From: Actinomycetales bacterium
Lineage (GTDB): Bacteria > Actinomycetota > Actinomycetes > Actinomycetales > CAVURS01
Direction: 5' to 3'
Length of the DNA: 35,721 nt
Assembly: GCA_045807245.1 (NCBI GenBank)
Contig: JBJMHS010000063.1
Coordinates: forward strand, 1-35,721
Shown: positions 1 through 9,685 of the stretch, piece after piece
How the letters are laid out: each line of letters starts with the position of its first letter
Position numbering within the stretch: position 1 is the first letter of the stretch
Program-made: the position numbers and the translations under genes
Notes under the pieces: generated by a model
Database searches by the model: none
The model's input: the letters and a program-made list of their open reading frames with translations, nothing else
What the model was told of the DNA's origin: nothing

Positions 1-438
1 CGTGAGGCGCTCGCCGACGTGCGGGCGACGATCAGCGGGTACCGCGAGGTGAACCTGGCCCGCGAGCTGGTGAACGCCAGGTCGGCCCTCACGGCGGCCG
101 GGATCGACGCCGACCTGCCGGGGGCTCTGGACGACGTGCCCGGTGAGCGGCGCGAGCTGTTCGGTTGGGCCGTCCGGGAGGGCGTCACGAACGTCGTGCG
201 GCACAGCGGCGCCCGGCACTGCTGGGTGCTGATGGACGAGGACCACGTCGAGGTCGTCGACGACGGGCAGGGACTGCCCGACCGCCCGGAGTCTGAGGGC
301 CCGGTGGAGCGGACGCCAGGGCACGGGCTGTCCGGCCTTCGCGACCGCGCGCGTCAAGCCGGCGCGACGATGACCGTGGGGGCGGGCGAGGGCGGGCGCG
401 GCTTCCGGCTGCGGCTGGACGTCGGAGCGGTGCGGTGA
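1..438 (+). CDS. Two-component sensor histidine kinase, DesK/NarX-like (C-terminal part, truncated by window edge)
   Basis: Frame open from base 1; HATPase motifs REGVTNVVRHS, EVVDDGQG, GHGLSGLRDR; GTGA overlap with downstream response regulator. Confidence 0.9.
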   Translation, partial: REALADVRATISGYREVNLARELVNARSALTAAGIDADLPGALDDVPGERRELFGWAVREGVTNVVRHSGARHCWVLMDEDHVEVVDDGQGLPDRPESEGPVERTPGHGLSGLRDRARQAGATMTVGAGEGGRGFRLRLDVGAVR

Positions 439-1058
439 GCGGCCCGATCCGGCTGTTGCTGGCCGACGACCAGGCGCTCGTCCGCGGGGCGCTGGCCGCG
501 CTGCTGGACCTGGAGAGCGATCTCGAGATCGTCGCCGAGGTGGGCCGCGGCGACGAGGTGGTCGAGGAGGCCCGTCGTACCCGTCCGGACGTCGCGCTGC
601 TGGACGTGGAGATGCCCGGGCTGGACGGGATCGCGGCGACCGCCGACCTGCGCGCGGCCGTGCCGCACTGCAAGGTGCTCGTCGTCACGACGTTCGGGCG
701 CCCGGGATACCTGCGGCGGGCGATGGAGGCCGGCGCCAGCGGGTTCGTCGTCAAGGACACACCCGCCCGGCAGCTGGCCGACGCCGTACGACGGGTGCAC
801 TCCGGTCTGCGCGTCGTCGACCCGAGCCTGGCCGCCGAGACGCTGGCCAGCGGTGACAGCCCGCTCACGGCTCGCGAGAGCGACGTACTGCGGGCCGCGC
901 GTGACGGTGGGACCGTCGCGGACCTGGCGTTCGAGCTGCACCTGTCCGAGGGGACGGTGCGCAACTACCTGTCGGCCGCCATCGGCAAGACGGGCGCCCG
1001 GACGCGGGCCGAGGCGGTGCGCATCGCCGACGAGCGTGGCTGGCTCCTGGGGAGCTGA
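435..1058 (+). CDS. NarL/LuxR-family response regulator (DesR-like)
   Basis: REC domain (LLADDQ, LLDVEMP, VVKD) plus LuxR HTH (LTARESDVL...LSEGTVRNYLS). Confidence 0.95.
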   Translation: MSGPIRLLLADDQALVRGALAALLDLESDLEIVAEVGRGDEVVEEARRTRPDVALLDVEMPGLDGIAATADLRAAVPHCKVLVVTTFGRPGYLRRAMEAGASGFVVKDTPARQLADAVRRVHSGLRVVDPSLAAETLASGDSPLTARESDVLRAARDGGTVADLAFELHLSEGTVRNYLSAAIGKTGARTRAEAVRIADERGWLLGS

Positions 1059-1185
1059 CCGCCCCGCTTCCCGGTGCTCCCCGCCCCGCGCGGTGCTCCC
1101 GCCAGCCCGGTGATCAGGGCCCGGCCGGGCCCCGATCACCGGGCCCTGGGGAGCACCGCGCGCGGGGGGGAGCACGGGCGGGTCA
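1056..1185. repeat. ~130-bp imperfect palindrome between convergent genes (REP/MITE-like or bidirectional terminator)
   Basis: Nested arms tgaccgccc/gggcgggtca, gtgctcccc/ggggagcac, cgcgcggtgctccc/gggagcaccgcgcg, gcccggtgatc/gatcaccgggc around centre gggcccggccgggccc (1117-1132). Confidence 0.85.
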
Positions 1186-2133
1186 GGCGGCGGGGACGGA
1201 CGACCCTGGGTGGGCGGCCGCGACGGCCGCGAGGGCAGCGAGTACGGCGGCGGTCGAGGGGTCCTGCTGGGCTCCGGCCCGGGCGACGGCGAAGATCAGC
1301 CGGGACGCCGTCGTACCGATCACCGGGCAGACGACGAGGCCCGGCTGGCGCAACGGCTGGGCCAGCCGGGGGACCAGCGCGACGCCTGCCCCGGCCGCCA
1401 CCAACGACGCGACGGCGTCCCACTCGGTGCAGTGATGCCTGAGGTCAGGGCTGAAACCGGCGACCGCGCACACGGCCAGCATGATCTGCGCGCACGGGTT
1501 GTCCAGGCCGGTGCCCACCCATGACTCGGCGGCGAAGTCACTGAGCCGGACGCCGTCCGGGTCGGCCAGCGGATGTCCTTGTGGCACAACGACATCCATG
1601 ACATCGGTGATCAGGTCGACGCGGTGGTAGCGAGCATCACGCCGGGAGGGGGCGTCGCGGTAGTCGGCCGCGATAGCGACGTCGATGTCACCGGCGTCGA
1701 GCCGCGCGAACAGTCCCGGCGGCTCGTCCTCCAGCACGCGGATCTGCAGGTTCGGCCGGGTGGCTCGGAGCTCGACCAGGGCCGGTGCCACCAGTGCGGA
1801 GATGGCTGTGGACAGCCCGGCCACCGACACCTCGCCGAGCTTCCCGTCCTGCCAGGCGGCCAGGTCGGCGCGGGCCAGCTCGAGCTGCTCCTGGACGACG
1901 CTGGCGTGGCTCAGCAGGACGCGCGCCTGCCCGGTCAGCCGCACACCACGGCCGTGTCTCTCGAGCAGGGTGACCCCGACGTCCCGCGAGAGGCCGGCCA
2001 GCTGCTGGGAGACGGCGGAGGGCGTCAGGTGGAGCGCCTCGGCCGTCGCGGCAACCGTGCCACGCTGTTCCAGGGTCCGCAGGACCCGCAGCCGGCGCAG
2101 GTCGAAGATGAAGTCGCGGCTGATGGGTTCCAT
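1183..2133 (-). CDS. LysR-family transcriptional regulator
   Basis: N-terminal HTH (GTVAATAEALHLTPSAVSQQLAGL), LERHGRGVRLT, C-terminal substrate-binding domain; divergent from EamA gene. Confidence 0.95.
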   Translation of the reverse strand: MEPISRDFIFDLRRLRVLRTLEQRGTVAATAEALHLTPSAVSQQLAGLSRDVGVTLLERHGRGVRLTGQARVLLSHASVVQEQLELARADLAAWQDGKLGEVSVAGLSTAISALVAPALVELRATRPNLQIRVLEDEPPGLFARLDAGDIDVAIAADYRDAPSRRDARYHRVDLITDVMDVVVPQGHPLADPDGVRLSDFAAESWVGTGLDNPCAQIMLAVCAVAGFSPDLRHHCTEWDAVASLVAAGAGVALVPRLAQPLRQPGLVVCPVIGTTASRLIFAVARAGAQQDPSTAAVLAALAAVAAAHPGSSVPAA

Positions 2134-2204
2134 GCAGAAAGACTAGATGGACTTCACGGTCGCTGGAAGACCAGACTGTCGTACGTGTCCGGGAGACTGC
2201 AGCC

Positions 2205-3176
2205 GTGAACCGCCGCGCCGCCATCCTCTTCGTCAGCCTCGGGCTGGCCTGGGGGATCCCGTACCTGCTGATCAAGGTGGCCGTCGAGGAGCTCAGCCCC
2301 CTGACCCTCGTCCTCGGCCGGACGGCCCCTGCCGCGCTGCTACTGCTGCCCATCGCGTTCGCCAAGGGTGCGGTTCGACCGGTCCTCGCGCGCTGGCGCC
2401 CGCTGCTCGCCTACTCCGTCATCGAGATCGTGGTGCCGTGGCTGCTGATCTCCCGCGCCGAGCAGCACATCACCAGCTCGCTCGCCGGCCTGCTCATCGC
2501 GGCCGTCCCGTTCGCCTCGGTGTTCGTCGCGGTCGCCTTCGGCCGGCGTGAGCACCTGGGCCCGTTCGGCCTTGGCGGCCTGATGGTGGGCTTCGCCGGC
2601 GTTGCCTTCCTGGTCGGGGTCGACGTGACCGGCTCGCAGTGGGGCGCCGTCGGAGAGATGGCCGTGGTCGTCGTCTGCTACGCGACCGGCGCCGCCATGC
2701 TCGGGCGCTGGATGTCCGACCTGCCCGGCATCGGCGTCGTCGCAGTCTCGGTCGCGATCGCCGCGCTCATCTACACCCCGTTCGCCGTGCCCGGGCTGCC
2801 CAGCCACTTCCCCTCCGGCAAGGTCGTGGCCTCGGTCGCGCTGCTCGCCGTCGTCTGCACGGCGGCGGCCTTCCTGCTCCTGTTCGCCCTGATCAACGAG
2901 ATCGGGCCCGTACGGGCCACGACCATCACCTATCTGAACCCGGTGGTCGCGGTGGTCGCAGGTGCGTTGGTGCTGGACGAGCGGATCACCGTCTGGACCG
3001 TGGTCGGGTTCGCCCTCGTGCTCACCGGGTGCCTCGGAATCGGCCGGTCGCGTCGTACGCCGGCCGCCGCGGGCACGTCGTCGACCGCGGAACCGGGCCA
3101 GGCAACCGACGTACCCCTGGCCGCGGACGCGCTGCGCGGCGTACCGGCCCGTGCTGCGGCCACAATGGAGAAGTGA
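2205..3176 (+). CDS. DMT/EamA-family transporter
   Basis: About 10 hydrophobic segments; WGIPYLLIKVAV and GPVRATTITYLNPVVAVVAG...LDE motifs. Confidence 0.9.
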   Translation: MNRRAAILFVSLGLAWGIPYLLIKVAVEELSPLTLVLGRTAPAALLLLPIAFAKGAVRPVLARWRPLLAYSVIEIVVPWLLISRAEQHITSSLAGLLIAAVPFASVFVAVAFGRREHLGPFGLGGLMVGFAGVAFLVGVDVTGSQWGAVGEMAVVVVCYATGAAMLGRWMSDLPGIGVVAVSVAIAALIYTPFAVPGLPSHFPSGKVVASVALLAVVCTAAAFLLLFALINEIGPVRATTITYLNPVVAVVAGALVLDERITVWTVVGFALVLTGCLGIGRSRRTPAAAGTSSTAEPGQATDVPLAADALRGVPARAAATMEK

Positions 3177-4360
3177 CCGACCTCCTCGACCCCGTCGCGG
3201 CGTACCCGGCGTTGCGCTTGGGCGACCGCGAGATCGGTACGCCGGTGGTCCTCGCCCCCATGGCCGGTATCACCAACGCGGCGTTCCGCCGGCTGTGCCG
3301 CGAGGTCTCGGCGGGGCACGGCGGACCCGGCGTCCTGGTCAGTGAGATGGTCACCTCGCGTGCCCTGGTCGAGCGCACGCCGGTCTCGATGCAGCTCATC
3401 CAGCCGGCGCCGGGCGAGTCCCCGCGGAGTGTCCAGCTGTACGGCGTCGACCCGGCCACCGTCGCAGCGGCGGTCCGGATGCTGGTCGAGGAGGACCGGG
3501 CCGACCACGTCGACCTGAACTTCGGCTGCCCCGTGCCCAAGGTCACCCGCAAGGGCGGTGGCGCCGCCCTGCCGTGGAAGACCGGCCTGTTCCGGGCCGT
3601 CGTCGCCGCGGCCGTGCGCGCGGCCGAGCCGGCCGGCGTACCCGTCACCGTGAAGATGCGGATCGGCGTGGATGCCGGCCACGTGACCTACCTGGAGGCG
3701 GGCCGGATCGCGGCGGGCGAGGGTGCCGCCTGGGTCGCCCTCCATGCCCGCACCGCGGCCCAGCATTACTCGGGCCAGGCCGACTGGTCCGCCATCGCGC
3801 GGCTCAAGGAGGCCGTGACGTCCATCCCGGTGCTGGGCAACGGCGACATCTGGTCCGCTGACGACGCGCTGCACATGATGGCCGTGACCGGATGCGACGG
3901 TGTCGTGGTCGGCCGCGGGTGTCTGGGGCGGCCCTGGCTCTTCGCGGACCTGGCCGCGGCCTTCGCGGGCACCACCGTGCGGGTCCGACCGAGCCTGGAG
4001 GAGGTGGCCGTCACGATGCGCCGGCACGCCGTGCTGCTGACCGAGCACTTCGGCGACGAGCGCAAGGCCTGCCGTGACCTGCGCAAGCACATCGCCTGGT
4101 ACCTCAAGGGTTTCGCCGCCGGGGGAGCGGTCCGGCAGCAGCTCGCGCTGATCGACTCGCTCGCCGATCTTGACCGACTGCTGGACACGCTCGATCTCGA
4201 CCAGCCGTGGCCGGGCGACCCGGCCGAGGGCCAGCGGGGCCGGGCCGGTACGCCGCAGGACCGGGTCGCGCTGCCGGAGGGCTGGCTGGACAGCCGCGAG
4301 CTGGACGGCGCGGCGCGGGAGACGATCCGCGAGGCCGAGCTGAGCGTCTCCGGCGGATGA
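3173..4360 (+). CDS. dusB: tRNA-dihydrouridine synthase B
   Basis: VVLAPMAGIT, DLNFGCPVPKV, LHART, GNGDI, VGRGCLGRPW; start placed at GTG 3173 rather than ORF-track 2639. Confidence 0.95.
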   Translation: MTDLLDPVAAYPALRLGDREIGTPVVLAPMAGITNAAFRRLCREVSAGHGGPGVLVSEMVTSRALVERTPVSMQLIQPAPGESPRSVQLYGVDPATVAAAVRMLVEEDRADHVDLNFGCPVPKVTRKGGGAALPWKTGLFRAVVAAAVRAAEPAGVPVTVKMRIGVDAGHVTYLEAGRIAAGEGAAWVALHARTAAQHYSGQADWSAIARLKEAVTSIPVLGNGDIWSADDALHMMAVTGCDGVVVGRGCLGRPWLFADLAAAFAGTTVRVRPSLEEVAVTMRRHAVLLTEHFGDERKACRDLRKHIAWYLKGFAAGGAVRQQLALIDSLADLDRLLDTLDLDQPWPGDPAEGQRGRAGTPQDRVALPEGWLDSRELDGAARETIREAELSVSGG

Positions 4361-4364
4361 GGGG

Positions 4365-5534
4365 ATGACCAAGGCCGCGAAAGCCGCGCCGAGCGCCCAG
4401 GCGGCCAGGGCCGCGCCGAGCGAGCGCTCACAGGCGTGGGCCGAGACCACCTCGGGGTACGACGGCGGGCAAGGGCTGGTCCAGGCGCACGCTGCGCCGG
4501 GGGCCAGGCTGGGGGGGTACCCGCTGATGGACCGGCCGCGCCGCGAGGCGATCGAACGCGAGTCCCTGCGGCCGGGAGCCACGCTGTCCGAGGGGGCGGG
4601 CGAGCGCGTCCGGCCCGAGGTGCCGGACCCGGACCGGACCTGTTTCGAGCGCGATCGCGACCGAATCCTGCACTCGACGGCGTTTCGCCGGCTGGCCGGG
4701 AAGACGCAGGTCTTCGTGTTTCCGGCCGATCATCAGCGCACTCGCCTCACCCACGCGCTCGAGGTGGCCCAGGTGGCCAACGGGATCGGCCGGGCGGCGG
4801 GTCTCAACGCTGCGCTGACCGACGCGATCGCGATCGGGCACGACTGCGGTCACGGGCCGGGCGGCCACGCCAGCGAGGAGGCGTTCGAGGAGTTCCTGCC
4901 CGAGGGCTACGACCACGCTGTCTGGGGAGCGGACGTCGTCCTGGTGCCGCTGAACCTGTGTGCGCAGACGCTCGACGGCGTACGGAACCACTCGTGGGCA
5001 CGGCCCACGCCCTCGACACCAGAGGGTGAGGTGGTCAGCTGGGCCGACCGGATCGCCTACTGCGCACACGACTTCGAGGACGCCGTGCAGGCCGATGTCG
5101 TCAGTGCGAGCGACCTGCCGGGCGAGGTGGCCGAGGTCTGCGGGCGGACCCGACGCGAGCAGCTCGGCACCTTCATCGGCGCGGTCGTGAGCTGCATCCA
5201 GGACCACGGCGTCGTCGGGATGGCGGACGAGCCGGCGGCGGCGCTCGCGGCCCTTCGCCGGTTCAACTACGACCGCATCTACTCCCGCCCGGACTCGGTG
5301 GCCCAGTCCCGCGCCGTCGTGGCCGTCCTGCGGGCGCTGGTCGAGCACTTCGCCGCAACGCCCGCTTCGCTGCCCGCGGAGCACCAGCCTTCGGACGACG
5401 TGCCGGACCCGGTCCGGGCCGCGGTCGCGTACGTGGCGGGCATGACCGACCGCTTCGCGTTCACGACGGCCGAGCGTGTCCTCGACTGGCCGCGCCACCA
5501 GCTCCCGCGCGGCGTCGACGTCGCCGGAGCGTAG
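4365..5534 (+). CDS. dGTP triphosphohydrolase-family HD-domain protein
   Basis: FERDRDRILHSTAFRRLAGKTQVF, RTRLTHALEV, GHDCGH, ADRIAY, YVAGMTDRFA; true start may be downstream (ATG 4527). Confidence 0.88.
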   Translation: MTKAAKAAPSAQAARAAPSERSQAWAETTSGYDGGQGLVQAHAAPGARLGGYPLMDRPRREAIERESLRPGATLSEGAGERVRPEVPDPDRTCFERDRDRILHSTAFRRLAGKTQVFVFPADHQRTRLTHALEVAQVANGIGRAAGLNAALTDAIAIGHDCGHGPGGHASEEAFEEFLPEGYDHAVWGADVVLVPLNLCAQTLDGVRNHSWARPTPSTPEGEVVSWADRIAYCAHDFEDAVQADVVSASDLPGEVAEVCGRTRREQLGTFIGAVVSCIQDHGVVGMADEPAAALAALRRFNYDRIYSRPDSVAQSRAVVAVLRALVEHFAATPASLPAEHQPSDDVPDPVRAAVAYVAGMTDRFAFTTAERVLDWPRHQLPRGVDVAGA

Positions 5535-5596
5535 GTCGCGAAGATCTTCTATCGGAAACGCTTGTGTCTCATAGACGAGAGTGACAGGCTGAGCGC

Positions 5597-6826
5597 ATGA
5601 GTGACCCCACGTCGTACGTCGTTGTCGGTGGCGGTCTGGCCGGAGCCAAGGCGGCGGAGGCGATACGTGCCGCTGACGCCGACGGGACGGTCACGATCGT
5701 CGGGGCCGAGAGACGCCGACCGTACGAACGCCCGGACCTGTCCAAGGCCGTGCTGCTCGGCAAGAAGTCGGCCGACGAGCTCTACGTCCACGATGAGGGC
5801 TGGTACGGCGAGCACTCGGTCGAGCTCCTGCTCGGCCAGCGGGCGACGGCGATCGACCGAGACCAGCGCCGGGTGACGCTCGCGGACGGCCGTGACCTGT
5901 CCTACGACCGGCTGCTGCTGGCGACGGGCGCGAGCCCGCGCCGGCTCAACCTGCCCGGGGCCGACCTGCCCGGAGTGCAGTACCTGCGCACGGCCGAGGA
6001 CAACCAGGCCCTCGCGGCGGCGCTGTCCGGCGGCTCGTCCGTGGTCGTGGTCGGCGCGGGATGGATCGGGCTCGAGGTCGCCGCCGCGGCGCGCGAGCAA
6101 GGGCTCGACGTGACAGTTGTCGAACCGCAACCGACGGCGCTGTACGGCGTGATGGGCCAGGAGGTCGGGGAGATCTGGGCCCAGCTGCATCGTGACCACG
6201 GCGTCGACGTGCGAACCGGGGTGCAGGCCATCGCGATCCGTGAGGAAGGCGGCCGGGCCAGGGGCGTCGTGCTCGACAACGGACAGGTCGTGTCCGGTGA
6301 CCTCGTCGTCGTCGGCGTCGGGGCAGCGCCGAACCTGGAGCTGGCCGAGGCGGCCGGTCTGGTCAACGGCGGCGGCGTCCCGGTCGACACCCGGCTGCGC
6401 ACCCGGGACCCGAACATCTGGGCGGCCGGCGACATCGCGCTGGCCGAGAACACCTGGGCCGGGCGATCCCTCCGGGTCGAGCACTGGGCCAACGCCAAGA
6501 ACCAGGGCGCCTTCGCCGGCCGCAGCATGACCGGGTCGGAGGACGAGTGGAGCGACCCGCCGTACTTCTACACGGACCAGTACGACGCCGGCATGGAGTA
6601 CTGGGGCTGGGCCGACCCGCGGGTCGACACGGTCGTGCTGCGCGGGCGGCCGGCCGACGGCTCGTACGTCGCCGCCTGGCTGAGCCAGGACGGCAACGTG
6701 GACGCGGCGATGCACGTCAACCGGTGGGACGACGCGGACGCGGTGAAGGCGCTGGTCCAGGCCAAGGTGGCGCTCGACGTGGACCGGTTCCGGGACGAGT
6801 CGGTGGCCCTGACCGACCTGGGGTAG
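5597..6826 (+). CDS. FAD/NAD(P)-dependent oxidoreductase (ferredoxin reductase-like)
   Basis: [43 protein letters not shown]. Confidence 0.92.
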   Translation: MSDPTSYVVVGGGLAGAKAAEAIRAADADGTVTIVGAERRRPYERPDLSKAVLLGKKSADELYVHDEGWYGEHSVELLLGQRATAIDRDQRRVTLADGRDLSYDRLLLATGASPRRLNLPGADLPGVQYLRTAEDNQALAAALSGGSSVVVVGAGWIGLEVAAAAREQGLDVTVVEPQPTALYGVMGQEVGEIWAQLHRDHGVDVRTGVQAIAIREEGGRARGVVLDNGQVVSGDLVVVGVGAAPNLELAEAAGLVNGGGVPVDTRLRTRDPNIWAAGDIALAENTWAGRSLRVEHWANAKNQGAFAGRSMTGSEDEWSDPPYFYTDQYDAGMEYWGWADPRVDTVVLRGRPADGSYVAAWLSQDGNVDAAMHVNRWDDADAVKALVQAKVALDVDRFRDESVALTDLG

Positions 6827-6868
6827 TCGGTGGCGCCACCTAGACTGGCCGCCGAAACGGGAGGCCAG

Positions 6869-8836
6869 GTGGCGGGTCGGATCAGGGCCGAGGACGTCGC
6901 GCTCGTGAAGGAGCGCACGTCGATCGAGGACGTGGTGCGCGAGCACGTCACCCTGCGCCCGGCCGGCGTGGGGAGCCTGAAGGGCCTGTGTCCCTTCCAC
7001 GACGAGAAGTCCCCGTCCTTCCATGTGCGCCCGGCCCTCGGTGTCTGGCACTGCTTCGGCTGCAACGAGGGCGGCGATGCGATCTCCTTCGTGCAGAAGG
7101 TCGACCACCTGACCTTCCACGAGGCCGTCGAGCGGCTGGCGGCCAAGTCCGGGGTGGAGCTGCGTTACGAGGAGGGTGGCGGGCGGCCGCGCGAGGAGGT
7201 CGGCCGGCGGACCCGGCTGATCGAGGCCCATCGGGTGGCGGCCGAGTTCTACGCCGAGCAGCTGGGTGGGGGAGACGGCGGCGCCGATGCGGTGACGGCG
7301 CGACAGTTCCTGGCCGAGCGTGGCTTCGACCGTGATGCGGCGGCCCGGTTCGCGGTCGGCTATGCGCCCAAGGCGGGCGAGACCCTGTCCAACCATCTGC
7401 GGTCACGCGGCTTCACCGACGACGAGCTCGTGACCGGTGGGCTCAGCGCTCGCGGGTCGCGCGGGCTGTACGACCGGTTCCGCGGGCGGCTGGTCTGGCC
7501 GATCCGTGACATCACCGGCGACGTGGTCGGCTTCGGGGCCCGGCGGCTGTTCGAGGATGACCGGATCGAGGCCAAGTACCTCAACACGGCGGAGAGCCCG
7601 ATCTACCGCAAGGCCACCGTTCTCTACGGTCTGGACCTGGCCAAGAAGGCCATCGCCCGTGACCGGCAGGCGGTGGTGGTCGAGGGGTACACCGACGTCA
7701 TGGCCTGCCACCTGGCCGGTGTCGAGACCGCGATCGCGACCTGCGGCACCGCCTTCGGGTCGGACCACATCACGGTGCTGCGACGGATCATGCGGGACGA
7801 GGCCGAGGTCACGCCGGCCGAGGTGGTCTTCACCTTCGACGGCGACGCCGCCGGGCAGAAGGCCGCGATGCGGGCCTTCGCGGAGGACCAGCGCTTCGTC
7901 TCCCAGACCTACGTCGCGGTCGAGCCGAACGGCCTCGACCCCTGCGACCTGCGTCAGCGCCAGGGCGACACCGCGGTCCGCGACCTCATCGCGGCCCGGG
8001 TGCCCCTGTTCGAGTTCGCGGTCCGTACGACGATCAGCCGGTTCGACCTCGACTCCGTGCCCGGCCGCATGCAGGCCCTGCGCGCGGCGGCGCCGGTGGT
8101 CGCAGGCATCCGGGACCGCGCCTCTCGGCCGGAGTACGCCCGCAGCCTGGCCGGACTGCTGGGCATGCCGGTCGAGGCGGTCCAGCAGGCGGTGAAAGTG
8201 GCCGGCCGCGAGGCGAACCGCTCGAGCGGCTCACGCCGTACGCCGGGTGGCGTGCGCCCAGCCGAGCCTCCGGTCGGCTCGGCCCAGGCGGGTGCGACCG
8301 GTCCGGGATCGGCCGGCGAGGTCGACGGTGTCACCGCAGCGTCCCTGCCGACGCCGAACGTGCGCGACCCCCACGTGGCCCGCGAGCGGCAGTACCTCCA
8401 GGTGTCGCTCCAGGCGCCCGGCAAGCTCGATGTGGGCGAGTTCGACGCCCTCGGGGCGCAGGCGTTCGGCGAGCCGGCCTACCGAGCCGCGCATGACGCC
8501 ATCCGCGCGGCCGGCGGGCTCGCCGCCGCGGCCTCGTCGGACCCTGAGGGCTGGGTCGAGCGGGTGGCCGCCGCTGCGAGCGAGGCGGCCCGGCCGTTCG
8601 TCACCGAGCTGGCGGTGGCACCGCTCCCGGTCGTGGGCGAGGAGGGCCTGGACCGTTTGGCGGCGTCTCTGCAGGTCGAGGTGGCGGCGCGGGACCTGAG
8701 CCGGCAGGAGGCCGAGATCCACAGCCGGATGCAGCGGCTCGACGCCGCCGGCGACGCGATGGGCTACCGCGCCGCGCTCGTCGAGGCGGAGGCGATCGTG
8801 CGCCGCCGTACCGCACTGCGCGAGCGGCTGGGCTGA
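6869..8836 (+). CDS. dnaG: DNA primase
   Basis: Zn finger [11 protein letters not shown]...[30 protein letters not shown] and FDGDAAG; GTG 6869 follows GGGAGG RBS. Confidence 0.97.
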   Translation: MAGRIRAEDVALVKERTSIEDVVREHVTLRPAGVGSLKGLCPFHDEKSPSFHVRPALGVWHCFGCNEGGDAISFVQKVDHLTFHEAVERLAAKSGVELRYEEGGGRPREEVGRRTRLIEAHRVAAEFYAEQLGGGDGGADAVTARQFLAERGFDRDAAARFAVGYAPKAGETLSNHLRSRGFTDDELVTGGLSARGSRGLYDRFRGRLVWPIRDITGDVVGFGARRLFEDDRIEAKYLNTAESPIYRKATVLYGLDLAKKAIARDRQAVVVEGYTDVMACHLAGVETAIATCGTAFGSDHITVLRRIMRDEAEVTPAEVVFTFDGDAAGQKAAMRAFAEDQRFVSQTYVAVEPNGLDPCDLRQRQGDTAVRDLIAARVPLFEFAVRTTISRFDLDSVPGRMQALRAAAPVVAGIRDRASRPEYARSLAGLLGMPVEAVQQAVKVAGREANRSSGSRRTPGGVRPAEPPVGSAQAGATGPGSAGEVDGVTAASLPTPNVRDPHVARERQYLQVSLQAPGKLDVGEFDALGAQAFGEPAYRAAHDAIRAAGGLAAAASSDPEGWVERVAAAASEAARPFVTELAVAPLPVVGEEGLDRLAASLQVEVAARDLSRQEAEIHSRMQRLDAAGDAMGYRAALVEAEAIVRRRTALRERLG

Positions 8837-8841
8837 GCGGG

Positions 8842-9381
8842 GTGCGGCTCAACCGGCGGCCGAGGCTGCCTGGCGACGTGCGGGCTGTCCTCGACCTGCA
8901 GCCGGGCGAGCGGCTGCTCGCCAGTGCACCGCTCGCGGACGGACGGTGGGTCGTCGGGACGACGCGCGCGCTGCACATCGTCAGGGCCGCCGGCTCGGAC
9001 GAGCGGCACGGCTGGGACCAGGTGGCGACCGCGACCTGGTCGGACACCGCCTCGATGCTGCAGGTCACGTTCGCCGACGGTCAGCGGACGGTGGCCGTCG
9101 AGTTCGCCGGCTCACCGGGCTACCTGCCCGAGGTCGTCCGTGAGCGGGTCGAGGCGAGCGTCGTCCTGACCCGCCGGATCGAGGTGACCGGACGGCGCGG
9201 GGTGCGGGTCGCCGTACGACGCGAAGCGCCGGGAGCCGCGCTGTCCACGCAGATCGTCGCCGACCGCGGAGTTGACGTGACCGATCCTGCCCTCGCGGCG
9301 CGGATAGAGGTGGAGCTGGACGAGCTCCGGGAGCAAACAGGGCTCCCGCGGTTGGACTCGAACCAACGGCCGTCCGATTAA
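8842..9381 (+). CDS. Hypothetical protein downstream of dnaG
   Basis: GC3-biased 179-aa ORF immediately after dnaG; 3' end overlaps tRNA-Asn antisense. Confidence 0.75.
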   Translation: MRLNRRPRLPGDVRAVLDLQPGERLLASAPLADGRWVVGTTRALHIVRAAGSDERHGWDQVATATWSDTASMLQVTFADGQRTVAVEFAGSPGYLPEVVRERVEASVVLTRRIEVTGRRGVRVAVRREAPGAALSTQIVADRGVDVTDPALAARIEVELDELREQTGLPRLDSNQRPSD

Positions 9382-9415
9382 CAGTCGGATGCTCTGCCAA
9401 CTGAGCTACGCGGGA
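9343..9415 (-). tRNA. tRNA-Asn (GTT)
   Basis: Reverse complement TCCCGCG TAGCTCAGTTGGCAGAGC A TCCGA CTGTTAA TCGGA ... GTTGG TTCGAGT CCAAC CGCGGGA G; CCA not encoded. Confidence 0.96.
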
Positions 9416-9529
9416 TCGCGAGTGGTCAGGTTAGCGCACCGTGACCACCGGAATCGCATCGGTTGATCTCACCGGAGTGGTACCGCCTAGAGTTCACCGG
9501 ACGGTGTCCAGCAGTGGATGCCGGCGCCA

Positions 9530-9603
9530 GGGGCGGTAGCTCAGCCGGTTAGAGCAGCGGGCTCATAACCCGTCGGTCGTCCGTTCGAGTCGGACCCGCC
9601 CCA
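9530..9603 (+). tRNA. tRNA with CAT anticodon, most likely tRNA-Ile2 (lysidine-modified)
   Basis: GGGGCGG TAGCTCAGCCGGTTAGAGC A GCGGG CTCATAA CCCGT ... GTCCG TTCGAGT CGGAC CCGCCCC A; lacks initiator C1:A72 mismatch; resembles actinobacterial Ile2. Confidence 0.9.
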
Positions 9604-9604
9604 C
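9561..9604 (+). repeat. att core (tRNA-proximal), 44-bp direct repeat
   Basis: gctcataacccgtcggtcgtccgttcgagtcggacccgccccac identical to 13664-13707. Confidence 0.95.
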
Positions 9605-9666
9605 CGCCTCTGACCTGCGGTTTTGCCTCCCAAGAGGGGTACCACCGCACCGGCTGCGTCCGTCCT

Positions 9667-9685
9667 AGTCCGCAAAAAGTCCGCA
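9667..9685 (+). repeat. Putative integrase arm-type sites (2x AGTCCGCA)
   Basis: AGTCCGCA at 9667 and 9678 (11-bp period); same motif 3x at the other end of the element. Confidence 0.8.

Noticed and set aside
4383..4422. Short direct repeat gccgcgccgagcg x2
   Set aside because: Within a low-complexity coding N-terminus; no evidence of function
9530..9603. Initiator tRNA-Met
   Set aside because: G1:C72 is paired and the overall sequence fits actinobacterial tRNA-Ile2; elongator Met is not fully excluded
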